A DNA stretch of 33,506 nt, taken from positions 1 through 33,506 of the forward strand of contig NW_005434390.1 in the NCBI RefSeq assembly GCF_000315625.1, given 5' to 3'. Every line of letters starts with the position of its first letter. The first letter of the stretch is position 1. The notes beneath the pieces are model-generated. The model did no database searches and was not told where the DNA came from. It saw nothing but the letters and a program-made list of their open reading frames with translations. The position numbers and the translations under genes are program-made. Of this stretch, positions 20,671-31,400 are shown piece by piece. Source of the stretch: Guillardia theta CCMP2712 (taxonomy: Eukaryota; Protista; Cryptophyta).

Positions 20671-23600
20671 ATGGACATTGAATCTCCACCAGAGGACAAC
20701 TCTGATGCCCCTCAAGACCCGATGAGATCGCTGGATGCCGAGCTTAGAGAACACTTCAAGTTGTTGTACATGCTCGAGCCTGGTGATCATCTCAACTCCA
20801 AGCTTGGTCTGCAAGACCTGTACAGGACGAGCCTCCTGACTGCTGTTTTCTGCCGTGAACCTCTCACTGCGTTGTATACACACTCTGCGTTTCAAATGAT
20901 TTCTGTCATTGCCGGAAGCTACCTCGTCATCCGAGCGTACCTGCGATCCTCGCAGTACCGCGATGATCAACATCGGATGGTGAAGGTCGACACGGTCTTG
21001 ATCCAGACTCCTTACCAGAGGAACCCAACATGGATCGACTTCAGCTTGGCAAGCTGTGCCTGGGAGGAGAACCTGCATCTCGTACTTGAGCTCGTACAGG
21101 GATTCGCAATCATCTTGTCCTCATTGTTCGCTCACTTCTGCATTACAAGAGCGCCGAGAAAGGTGAATGATGGAAACTCTACTCCTCCCTCTCCTTTCTG
21201 CTATTCCTCCTCCCTTCTCTCCCCCCCCCCCCCCCCGGCCTCCCTCTTCGTTCTCCTCTTACTCAATCCTCTCCTCCTGCGCCGCTCCTCCTCCTCCTCC
21301 TCCTCCTCCTCCTTTCATTTGTGTTCCCTTGACACCATGTTTGTTTTAGATCTTCGCGTTGGCTGGTTTGATTGTTGGACTTGGAAATCTGGTCCTATTC
21401 ATCGGGTCCGACGGAAGTTCTGCATACGTGGTGGCATACGAGTGCTTGACGACATTCTTTGTGGTGAGTGAAACTTTGTTTGAGCTTCAGATGACTTCTA
21501 ACCCAATGATGCAGTCCATCTTTGTATTTCCTTGTCCCATTCTCTTCATGGAAACTTTTGTGCTTGAGCTGATAGCGGCATCACTAAGTATCAGGATGAT
21601 TGCTGATGGTGTGAACAAGTCTATCAAAGTAGAAGTGCTGGTTGCCTTCGTCTTGTTCAGCCTGGCGTTGCTCCTGAAGGTTGCCCAGAAAGCCAAGGCA
21701 TCACAAGCAATGAAAGAAGACGCTGTCAAGTTTGACTCTGCATGGAGAGCGATGATGGAGACGTCAGCATCGCAATCTTTCCTTGAAGACACTGACAGGA
21801 TCTTGAAAGACTTCTTCGCGCTGTACCCGACCAAGTCGCTTCCCAACTGCAAGCATACCTTCATGATGCCAGAGTCTCTGGTGAAAGAGCCCTCGGCGGG
21901 CAAAGTGAGCCAGGCGACCTCGAGGAGCTCTAGAGTGCTTCCGATGGACAGCATGATCTCCCTGCCTATCAGCACCTTCACAGACTCTACTCCCTCCTTC
22001 CCTGTCCTCAACTTGGATCAACTTTACGCGAGGTCAGTCGTTGTGCTGCCGATGTTCTTGCGCAAAGTCGTGGCAGTAGGGAGAGATTGGAGAGGACACT
22101 GTTGCTACCAGCTTCCGGGGACGAGTGAGAAGCAGTACATGTTGTACAAGGACTTGGAATCGTCTCCTGAGGTGCTTCGAAGTGTTTACTTGTCGAGCAT
22201 CAAGAACGTCCAACGGTCGGTGAAGAAGACCTTGACTTTCCTGCATGGCGACGTGTCGCAGTTGACCGACATTGTGAGACAGAGCATCCTCTTCGACAAC
22301 TTGCAAGATCTCAATGGAGCTCTACAGCAACTCATCGACGACGGCGAGATTGAGGTCGTCTTCATCAGAAACCGACTGAGCGGCGGCGGCGGCCAGCGGG
22401 ATATTACAATCAACATCTGCTTCACCCACGACTTGGCGGTCAGGACCAACCTGCTGGGCCACGTCTGTGAACTTCGCCTCGGCCTCAAAGAGATCCACTC
22501 CAACATATCCCCAGCAGACCACGAGCTGTTCCTCGAGAGGAAGCTAGTGCTGCAGACGCGCAGGATAGAGCGAGGGAGGGGGAACAGCTCGCTGGTGATG
22601 ATGCGGCAGGGGAGAAAGTTGCTGCTCGCTTTCTCCTCCTTCCTTCGGATGAAGATGCGCAACGAGAGCTCAGGCGCAGACGCCGTGGCACCGGGCCAGC
22701 TCCTCATGACAGTCAAGGGGATGATGCCGGGGGGGCTGCTGGACTTTATGATCCACTCGGCGGAGGCCGGGGTGGAGGAGGCGGAGACTGCGAGTGTTAT
22801 GTTTTCATCCCGCCCAGTGACCAATGTGATTCGAAAGCGTCTGTTTCAGATGATCCTTGTGGTGCTTGGGGTTGCGATGATAGCGAGTTGGATGCTCAAC
22901 GACAGCATTCCCATCAGGATGCTCTGGAGGGATCGGCAATACGATGTCTTCCACGCTCGTATCACTGTGTTGCAAGTCAGGTCTCCCGATGCTGAGACAG
23001 CGTCCTTGGGTAGAGTGAGTTTCTTCAAGGACTGTCAACGGTTCACTCCAACCTTGGTGGCGTCAAATGGAACTCGATTCTTCTTCACCTTCAGCAGCCA
23101 AGTGGTTGTGAATGGATGGGAGTTCTACACAGATTCAGCAGAATCCTCCTTCGATCATGATCCGATGTCTCTGGAGATGCACGTGAGCGATCAGATCGTG
23201 AAGCTAGATCCGACTGATCTCACTGAATCTCAGTGGAGGTTGATTACCAAGTTCGATTGTGCTCTCAGTGCCAAGACCGAGCTCTGCCGATCTTCGGTCG
23301 CCAACGTCACTGCAACGCGGGGTCAACGGTACTACTTCGATCTGAGGGACTCATGGCAGACGGTAGGGGAGATAATCAACATGGGGCTACGACTCTTGGC
23401 AACCTTCGGAACTGCTGCGCTGGCTAGCATGGGCTTCATCTTTCTGGGAAAGACAACCTTGGCAAGCTCCTTCCATGGAGCAGGAGTCATAGACATAGTA
23501 ATCGCTGCCTTCACTCCCCTTGACGCACTCGGCTTCCTTCAGTCGATCCTCTGGGGGCTCTTGGAGCTGGTCTACGGGCTGATCGTACAGTTCAGGGAGG

Positions 23601-24646
23601 AGCATACTATCTCCTTCATGCCCGTGTACTGCCTGTGCGGGTCCGCCATGAACCTGCTGATGACAAACTTGAGGCAAGCTCGCTTCAGCCTCACCCCCAA
23701 CACCCTCAGGTTGGACTTGACCTTCCCCTTCTACGCCTGGGCCCTCTTCTACCTCTGGCGCCAGTACCTTCTCTTCAAGTCCTTCAGCAAGATCCGGGCA
23801 GACCTCGCACAGTACCAGCAGCTCTGGCAGCAGCTGGAGAGAGACGCTGCCGCCTTAGCTGAGCTCGGCGACTCGCTCGCCAAGATTGACCTGCAGCCTC
23901 CAGCAGCTCAATGCCTCTCTCGCGCCTCCGCTGCCGCAACTTTGCCCAGCACGCCGATAGGGCTTGAGAGCAGCAACAAGAGTAGAGAGGAGAGGACAAG
24001 CCTGATGCGACGAATATCGGGAAGAGCAGGGATGATGTCGCGAGCACAGGCCATCCCTCGGCAGCTGAGAGTGGGCTCGCTCGAGCAGCTGTACGCTCAA
24101 GCTCTCGTCATCCTGCCCGCCTTCTTCGACAAGATCAAGGAGCTCGGGTCGAGATGCGACTGCCTGTTTCTGCTGGAGGAGGAGGCGGAGGGAGGGCCGC
24201 GCTACGTGTCTTGGGCTGAGACCGAGGAGGATCCCTTGCTGAAGTCGCTCATCCGACGACCAGCCCTCAAGGCCGCCACCCGATCCATCGCCAAGGTCCT
24301 TCGATCGTACAAGGGCGACGCGTCGCGGCTGACCGACATCGTGCGGTATGCTCTCGTGTTCGAGGACCTGGGAAAGCTCAGGAGGGCTGTGGAGGTGGCG
24401 AGGGAGGACCCGGAGATTCTGATTGCTAGGATGAAGAACCGGTTTGACCCCTCCTACAACTCGATGAAGACAGGTGGGTATCGCGACATCTGCTTGAACA
24501 TTCGCATCAGCAACGACTACACGCGCAGGAACTTGGTCGACTCACACATCTGCGAGCTGCAGCTGGTGCTCAAGAGCTTCATGGAGCTGAGAACTGACAA
24601 GGGACACAAGAACTACCGCGTGTTCCGCGACCAGCGATGCGAGTAG
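20671..24646 (+). CDS. ~1262-aa membrane protein: 6TM - RelA/SpoT-like domain - 6TM (with extracellular domain) - RelA/SpoT-like domain
   Basis: Exon 20671-21162, intron 21163-21349 (GT..AG, phase 0), exon 21350-24646. Domain 1 (~22009-22557): IKNVQRSVKKTL...DVSQLTDIVRQSILFD...IRNRL..GGQRDITINI...HVCELRL. Domain 2 (~24077-24643): LKAATRSIAKVLRSYKGDASRLTDIVRYALVFED...MKNRFD...TGGYRDICLNI...HICELQL. Six hydrophobic segments precede each domain. Confidence 0.85.
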
Positions 24647-24839
24647 ATGAAGTCATCCTGCTGAGATAGCTCCTTCTCTGTACAGTATAATGAATAACTT
24701 GATAGCTTTTTACTCTGTGCTGCACTACGGTAGCTAACCATTCTTTCAGTCACGGTGCTCACTTGGGCCCCTGCAGACTCTAAGGTGCAAAACCGTACCT
24801 GTCGGGAAGAGACTGGCACAGTCATACTAGTAGCCTGTC

Positions 24840-25590
24840 ACTGTCTACCCTGACTCAAAGTTTCAAGTGACTGTGAGGGTTTTGTTTTGACTCACTGTCA
24901 CAGTGACTCAGCCACGGTCACTGACTGGCAGTGTATTGAAACTTGGTCCAGTGGACGTGACTCAGTCGGACCGTGACGACCGTCACCGCCGCGCACGGAC
25001 GGTTCCGGGCGGCCGAGTACCGTCGTGCGGCCCTCGCCGCCCTCCGACGGGGGCCCGCCCCTCGGGCCCGGAGTCCGGCGGGCCGGCGGCCGCCCGGGCC
25101 GCCCCCCGCGCCGGCCGGCCGCGGCGTCGGACTCCCGGAGGTCCCGCGACGCGGGGGCCCGGCGGAAGTTACTGTGACGGGGCCGACCGTAGGCCCCCCC
25201 GGCCCGGCCGCCGCCGCGGGGCGCCCTGTGCCAGGCCGCTCAGCGGCGGCGGGAGTCACGGTGCCACGGTGGGCCCGGGCGCCCGAGTCGAGTCCGAGTC
25301 CGTCGGAGGCGGCTCGCGGAGTCGGGTCACCGGGTCACTGAGATCATGCCGGGCCGGCGGCGGCCGGCCCCCGGTGCCATCATTGCCGGTCCGACCGGGT
25401 GACTCTGTGATCATCCGAGTCGGCACTACTAGAAGTTCATCAGTGTGCTGTCATACGTTAACTTTGTCAGTTAACTTATTAAGACGGTGGTGAAGTTTGA
25501 CAGTCCGGGGCTGCCGCAGTGCCTCAGCCGATCAGTTAACCGGTCATTAGTACCGGTACTGCCAGTACCGGTACTAATGATTGACCGGGT
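24840..25590. other. GC-rich palindrome-dense intergenic island
   Basis: Multiple TGACTCA, AAAGTTTCAAGT, GTTAAC, (A)GTACCGGTACT palindromes, and dense CCGG/GGCC. Confidence 0.7.
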
Positions 25591-25811
25591 CAATGGTCAA
25601 ACCTGCTGCTGGAAGACGGTGGGGTGGGGTAGAGCCCGACCGCGTCCACTGGCCCCCAGCAGAGGGTCACGTGGTGCCGGAGAGGGGTGGGGTGGTACCC
25701 CGACCTTACGAGGGGCGGCTTGGCACGGTGGGTCCATGGGGTCAGACAGGGGGGTATAGGGGGCCGGGGGGGAGGTGTGATAGGGGTAGGCGATCAGGTG
25801 AACAAACCAGC

Positions 25812-27197
25812 ATGAGAGCTGTGGCAATGGCAGGAAGAGTTGAAGCCCCAGCGCTGATCACGCTGCTTGTGATCGGGGGATGGACAATGCAGACACATTG
25901 CGCAGATTACTTCATCTGCGGGGGCTGCTCCTTCACTGTATCAGATGAAGGTCTGCTTCAAAGGACGGGAAGCTGCTCGTTGGGTGCCGCTGGGGCTAAC
26001 TGTATGTTGATGTATGCTGGGATTGTTGACATTGAAGAAGGAACTTTCGATGGACTTCATGACATGACTTATCTGGACCTTTCACAGAACCAGCTGACAA
26101 ACATTCCAGGAGGATTGTTCGATGGTCTGAGTGGTCTACAATATCTTTCGCTCTCCTACAATCAGTTGTCAAGCATAGCACCGGATGCATTTTCAAACTG
26201 CACTCAGCTGTCTTATGTCGACGTTAGTTTCAATCAGCTGACGTGTTATTATGCTTCTTGGCCACTAGAAATTATGTCATTAGATACGATTGCAGCAGGA
26301 AAGTTGTGCCAGAATATGACCACCAACCTGACCGGGAATGTGACCACCAACCTGATCGCATGCTATCCGCATATCAGTGTTGAGTTGGATTCGGCAAACC
26401 TCCCATCGGACATGGCAGGGCAATACTGTGAGGCCTTTGACTGCAAAAGGGATGAAGGAGGTTCCTGGTTTGGCGGAGTTGATTACGCGCACTGCTTTCG
26501 CAAGAACGACGACAAAACCTGGAAAATATGGAACACGGGGTGTGGGTGGGAGATAGGACAGTATATCAGTGTTAATGCCCCGTCTCCTGGAATTTCATGG
26601 CAGCGGTATGCTCGTACCTACAGCGGATACTGCCACCCAATCCCCCCCTCACAGCTAGACATTCGTGCTCTTGTCAACACTTCGACCTTTTACGACTCAC
26701 TCGGAAATATGCTTGTTGGCGTTCACTCAGTCCTGGTGTTATCCCCTCACAATTCCAGCGCTGATGCCGTCAGTGCTGTGGAGGACACAACTGATACCTT
26801 CAACGCGTCCAGTGCTGTCAATTCCAGCTCTGCAGACAGTTCCCCGCTCCCGTTGGTCGATACTGCTTTGCTATCCTTCCCGGAGTGTGTTGAGCGAAGG
26901 GACTGGGGAGCGATGCTGGAGCTGATGAACAACGGAACAGCGGCAACGGGAGGGCTGGGGCTGTTGATGGAGCCTCCTCTGGAATCCTGGATTTGCATCC
27001 AAGAGCACCCTTGCCTCCAGAGGGTCGCTGACGCCCAGCCAAGCGATATGATGTGCTTCGTGTACCACGAGGTCGATCGAGTCTTCCTGCCATGGTGAGG
27101 ACCTATCAATGGCCGTTGGCTTCCGACTGAGACTCGCAGCGCTGACTGTTTCCTCTGCAGGAGCATCAATTCTCTTCTGAAGCTCGTGATGCCTTGA
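25812..27197 (+). CDS. Secreted/extracellular leucine-rich repeat protein
   Basis: Signal-peptide-like N-terminus (ALITLLVIGGW..THCA), Cys cap, 3-4 typical 24-aa LRRs (LDLSQNQLTNIPGGLFDGLSGLQYLSLSYNQLSSIAPDAFSNCTQLSYVDVSFNQLTC), then a Cys/Trp-rich domain and a Ser-rich linker. Probable intron 27095-27160 (CTGAC branch point) gives the ending WSINSLLKLVMP*. Confidence 0.8.
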
Positions 27198-27399
27198 AGC
27201 CGCCGGCCACTTGCTAAGGCTGCCACTGTCCGGACCAGCTGCAGCCTGAGAGCCTCTTCGACGGCAGCCCGCCTCGGTGGTGTTGGTCTGGCACTGAGAC
27301 GGACTCTGAGTAGGCTGATTCAACTTGCGCCTGATCGCCGACTCCGGCGAGCCGTCGTCGGGTGTCTGTCACGGAACATCGCGGGGATCTGATGCGGCA

Positions 27400-27732
27400 T
27401 ACCTTTTAACCGTAACTTTGAATGGTTCAACTAGCGGCATCATTTGGCCCCCAGTAACTTGCGTTGAGTCACAAGTTCAAGCAACCGCCCCGCACTGGCC
27501 CGCGGCCGGGAGTGGCCGCGCCCTGACTCGGACCGTCCGGGCCGGGGGGGCGGCGCGGGCCGCCCGGCCGGGCCCGGCCCCCGGCCGGCCCCCGCCTCAG
27601 CGGCACTGCGGCACAGCCTCACGGTGTCCGGCCGGCGACTGGCACTGGGCCCGAACTGCCCCAGACCCGGTGACCCGAACCGGCCCCCGGGCCTGCGAAC
27701 CGGCACCGTGACCGCGGCCCGCTCGCGCGGGG
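27400..27732. other. GC-rich palindrome-dense intergenic island
   Basis: AACTTTGAA..TTCAACT, TGAGTCA, CAAGTTCAAG and dense CCGG/GGCC. Confidence 0.65.
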
Positions 27733-28416
27733 ATGAGGGGATTAATGCTTCGGGGCAATGGTGGGATGAGGGCCTGGGAATTGGAATTGAGTAATAGTTG
27801 TGGTACTCTGACGTGGAACTCCAGCCGCTGCAGCCGCCGCATGCGCGCAATGGGCGATGGCAGGAGGGAGGAGGAGGGAGAGGCGTCGAACATGGCACTC
27901 CCCCTCCTCCTCCTCCTCTTCCTTCACATTGTTCGTCATAGCGTGATCGTGAAGTGAAGAACGAGGAGAGGGGATCTAAGGATAACTCGGCTGTGAATCC
28001 TCCAAACTTTTTCAGAGATTTTTGCTGAGGATGTAAACACTTGGAGGTTCTGTGGGACGAGAATCAACCATAATGAGTTATTATGCTCTTTGCAATTTGT
28101 CAAAGCCTTTGTTTGTGAAGCTCACCTGTGTCTGATTCCTTGATTGATATCCCTTTCCTCTGCCGTTGCTTCACGACCTGATCGGCATTGCTAGTTTGCT
28201 GAGTCTTTTTTCGTCTAGCGGCGATCCTCATGAGCTAGGATCGAGAACAGCTTGATTTGTCTTACAATGTTCCACTTCTGCCTTCTCTCCTTCTTCTGTG
28301 TTCACTCATGAACCAGCCCTTGTACCTCACTCTCCCTCTCCCCGCTCAGCTTTAGGCGTTTTTCTTCCTACTGTGCCTTTCCTCTCCATTTCTGACTTGC
28401 GCGTCTTTCTCAGGCG

Positions 28417-31400
28417 ATGCAGCCACCGCCGCAGGGTAGCTTGAATTGGCAACAGCAGCCTCCCAGCCAGGGTCAGTCTTATCCACAAGGAGGAATGCCT
28501 CCCCCTCCCTCGCAGGGCATGCCTCCTCCTCAAGGCTACCCTGGTGGCAACCAGCCGGCTCCTCCTACAACCTACCAGCAGTCAGCACCCGGGGGAATGC
28601 CCCCACCCCAGCAGCCTGCCGGGCAAACCAGTGCCCCCCCGATGTACAACCCGATGACGACTGGCTCTTCACGTCAGTATCCTCAACCCATGCCTGGCCC
28701 GAGCCCAGCTCAAGGAACGGGGCACCCACCGCAACAGCAGCAGTTCCCTCCCCAGCAACAGCAGCAGCAGCAGTTCCCACCTCAAGCTGGTAGCCAGCCT
28801 CCAGCAGCTCCGCCTGCGGCACCCCAGTCTTCTTATCCCTCGCAATCCCCGTATCCTTCCTCTTCTCAAGCGCCTCCTCAGGCTGGGTTCCCTGGAGGAC
28901 AACAAGGCGGGTATGGAGCTCCACCCTCGGCTCCTCCAGGGTTCCCTCCGATGCCGGCGGCAAGTCAAGGCCCTCCTTCCGGAGGTATGCCTCCTCCTCC
29001 TACGGGGGGTATGCCTCCTCCTACAGGAAGCATGGCTCCTCCTCCTACGGGAAGCATGGCTCCTCCTCCTACGGGAAGCATGGCTCCTCCTCCTACAGGA
29101 AGCATGGCTCCTCCTCCTACAGGAAGCATGGCTCCTCCTCCTACAGGAGGTATGCCCCCACCTATGGGAGGTATGCCTCCTCCTACAGGAGGTATGCCTC
29201 CTCCTACAGGAGGTATGGCTCCTCCTCCTATGGGAGGTATGGCTCCTCCTATGGGAGGTATGGCTCCTCCTACGGGAGGTATGGCTCCTCCTACGGGAGG
29301 TATGCCCCCACCCACGGGAAGCATGCCCCCACCTACTGGAGGCTATCCTACCGGAGGCTATCCTGGCAGCAGTGCTGTCCCTCAAGGTCCTTCACCGGAC
29401 TCTTCCGCGGCGACTCATGCTGACTGAGTATCAGGCTTCGCAGACCCAGAAGGAGGCTCGTGGGACAGCCAAGGGTACGGAGCTCAGCCGAACCAGGGTG
29501 CTCAGGTCGGTGGACAGCTTTCCTCCTCTCCACCTCTCTTCTCTTCTCCTCTCCTCTCCTCTCCTCTCCTCTCCTCCTCTCCTCTCCTCTCCTCTCCTCC
29601 TTACCAAACTTGCCAGGCTCCTCAAGGAGGAACGAGGAACGCTATCCCAATGCCCCCAGGAGGGATGCCCGGTGGAATCCCACCAGGAGGAACAACAGGC
29701 CCGGGCGCTACCCCAGCACAGCCACAGGTGCAGTTCTTCAACCCAGCGGCCATCCCTTCGAAGAAAGCAGGGCCGGCCGGTAACCATCTTCCTTGACTCC
29801 TCTCCCGCTGAGGCAAGTGGCAGGTGCTGGAGCCCCAACGGAGCAGATGGCTGGCATGAGCATCGGCGGGCGCGGCCCAGCGCAAGCGTTCAACCTCGGG
29901 GAGATCCCGCAGTGCCCTCAGGATGGTGTCCGCACTGCTCAGTCGTACATCGAGGACCAAGTGGGACAGTCGAATCCGCGCTACATGCAGTGCTCCGTCG
30001 GAGGTGAGGAGAGCTGGCTGTGTTTCTGTCCTGACCTGTTGTCTCCGACCAGCCATCCCTGCATCCCAGGCGGTCGCCCAGAAGTTCTCGCTCCCGATGG
30101 CCGTCACCATCCACCCCCTCAACGACCCCCCTGTCGCCCCAGGCTACTCTGCCGTGCCCGTGGTAACCGCAGCTTCCTCCTCGTCTTGCCTGCACTTGTC
30201 TTGTCCTCTCGCTACTAGTCTTCCTGCCTTTCTCTTCCTCTTCCTTCCCACCTCTTTCAAGTTCTTACGCCCAAGTCTTGAAGGTGAACTTCGCAAATGC
30301 TGGGGTCGTTCGTTGCCGCCGATGCCGAACTTACATCAATCCGTTCGTGACGTGGCTGGACGCGGGAAGGAGGTGGCGGTGAGTAAACATCGCTTCCGAG
30401 GAATAGGAGGGGATGGGTGAGGGAAGGAGATTAGGGGAGGGGAAGGGTGGAGAAGGGAGAACAGGAGGAGAAAGGGTACGGACTGGGCGGTGGTTTGCAG
30501 GAGTTGGAGACGGCTTGTTGGGCAGATGAGGAGGGAAGAGGCAGCCAGCTAATGAGAGGACAGAGCGAGAGGAAAGAAAGGTCATGACGCAGATGCAGGT
30601 GCAACGTGTGTGGCCTGCTGAACGATGTGCCTGCGGACTACTACTGCAGCCTCGACTCATCAGGTGATGCAAAAGGCAGTGACTACCAGCGTCCCTGTTT
30701 GTTGTGCATGCGCTGCGCGGAGGGAACAAGAGGACGCTGGCCTTAGCTGAACGTTGATCCTCAGGCAAACGCCGAGACCATGCTGAGAGGCCTGAGCTCA
30801 ACTTCGGGTCCGTGGAGTATGTCGCTCCTGCGGACTACATGGTACGTGTCTGTCGTATCGCTCCTTCCCTCCCATGCTAGCTCACTCGCTCGCTTGCTTT
30901 CTTGTAGTCGGCCTTATAATCCTGACCTCTTGACATACTTAGCTATCTCGAGTAGATCACCCCCCCCCCGCCCCCGCCCCTTATCATTCCCCTTTCACCT
31001 CCTTCCCAGCTCCTTTCCCAGCTCAGCTTTTTTTCCGTCTCGACAGGTTCGCCCTCCCCAGCCTCCCACTTACGTCTTCTGTATCGACGTATCTGCCCGG
31101 TAGCTCCTCAACCACAACGGAACTGACCTCCTTCCTTGCTCTTTCTTCCCTTCCTTTGTATTCTCCCTTCATCTTCTTCTTTCCCACTACTGCATCTTGA
31201 CGTTCCCGCAACCCGCTAGTCTCCTTCTTGTCTTTCCTTTACCCTTCCTCCCTCTCTCCCTCCCTCCCTCTACCCTCCCTCCCTCCCTCTCCTCCTTCTC
31301 TTCCTCTTGTGACGAGCTCCTTTCTTTCTCTTGGCGCTCAGGTCTGTTCAATCTGGACTGCTCACAGAGGTTGCCAACACGATCCTCGCTAATCTCGACA

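Noticed and set aside
21487-24100. Numerous minus-strand ORFs
   Set aside because: Antisense shadows of the long + strand CDS; the same applies to 10098-12586 and 28565-30195.
20671-24646. Assigning relA/spoT/RSH gene symbols or calling it an adenylyl cyclase
   Set aside because: No HD, TGS or ACT domains are visible, and no class III cyclase motifs; only the synthetase-like motifs and the overall layout are shared.
24903-25759. Arg/Gly/Pro-rich ORFs in GC islands, and the upstream extension of the LRR ORF from 25581
   Set aside because: Stop-poor GC-rich non-coding DNA; the ATG at 25812 precedes a signal-like peptide and is the better start.
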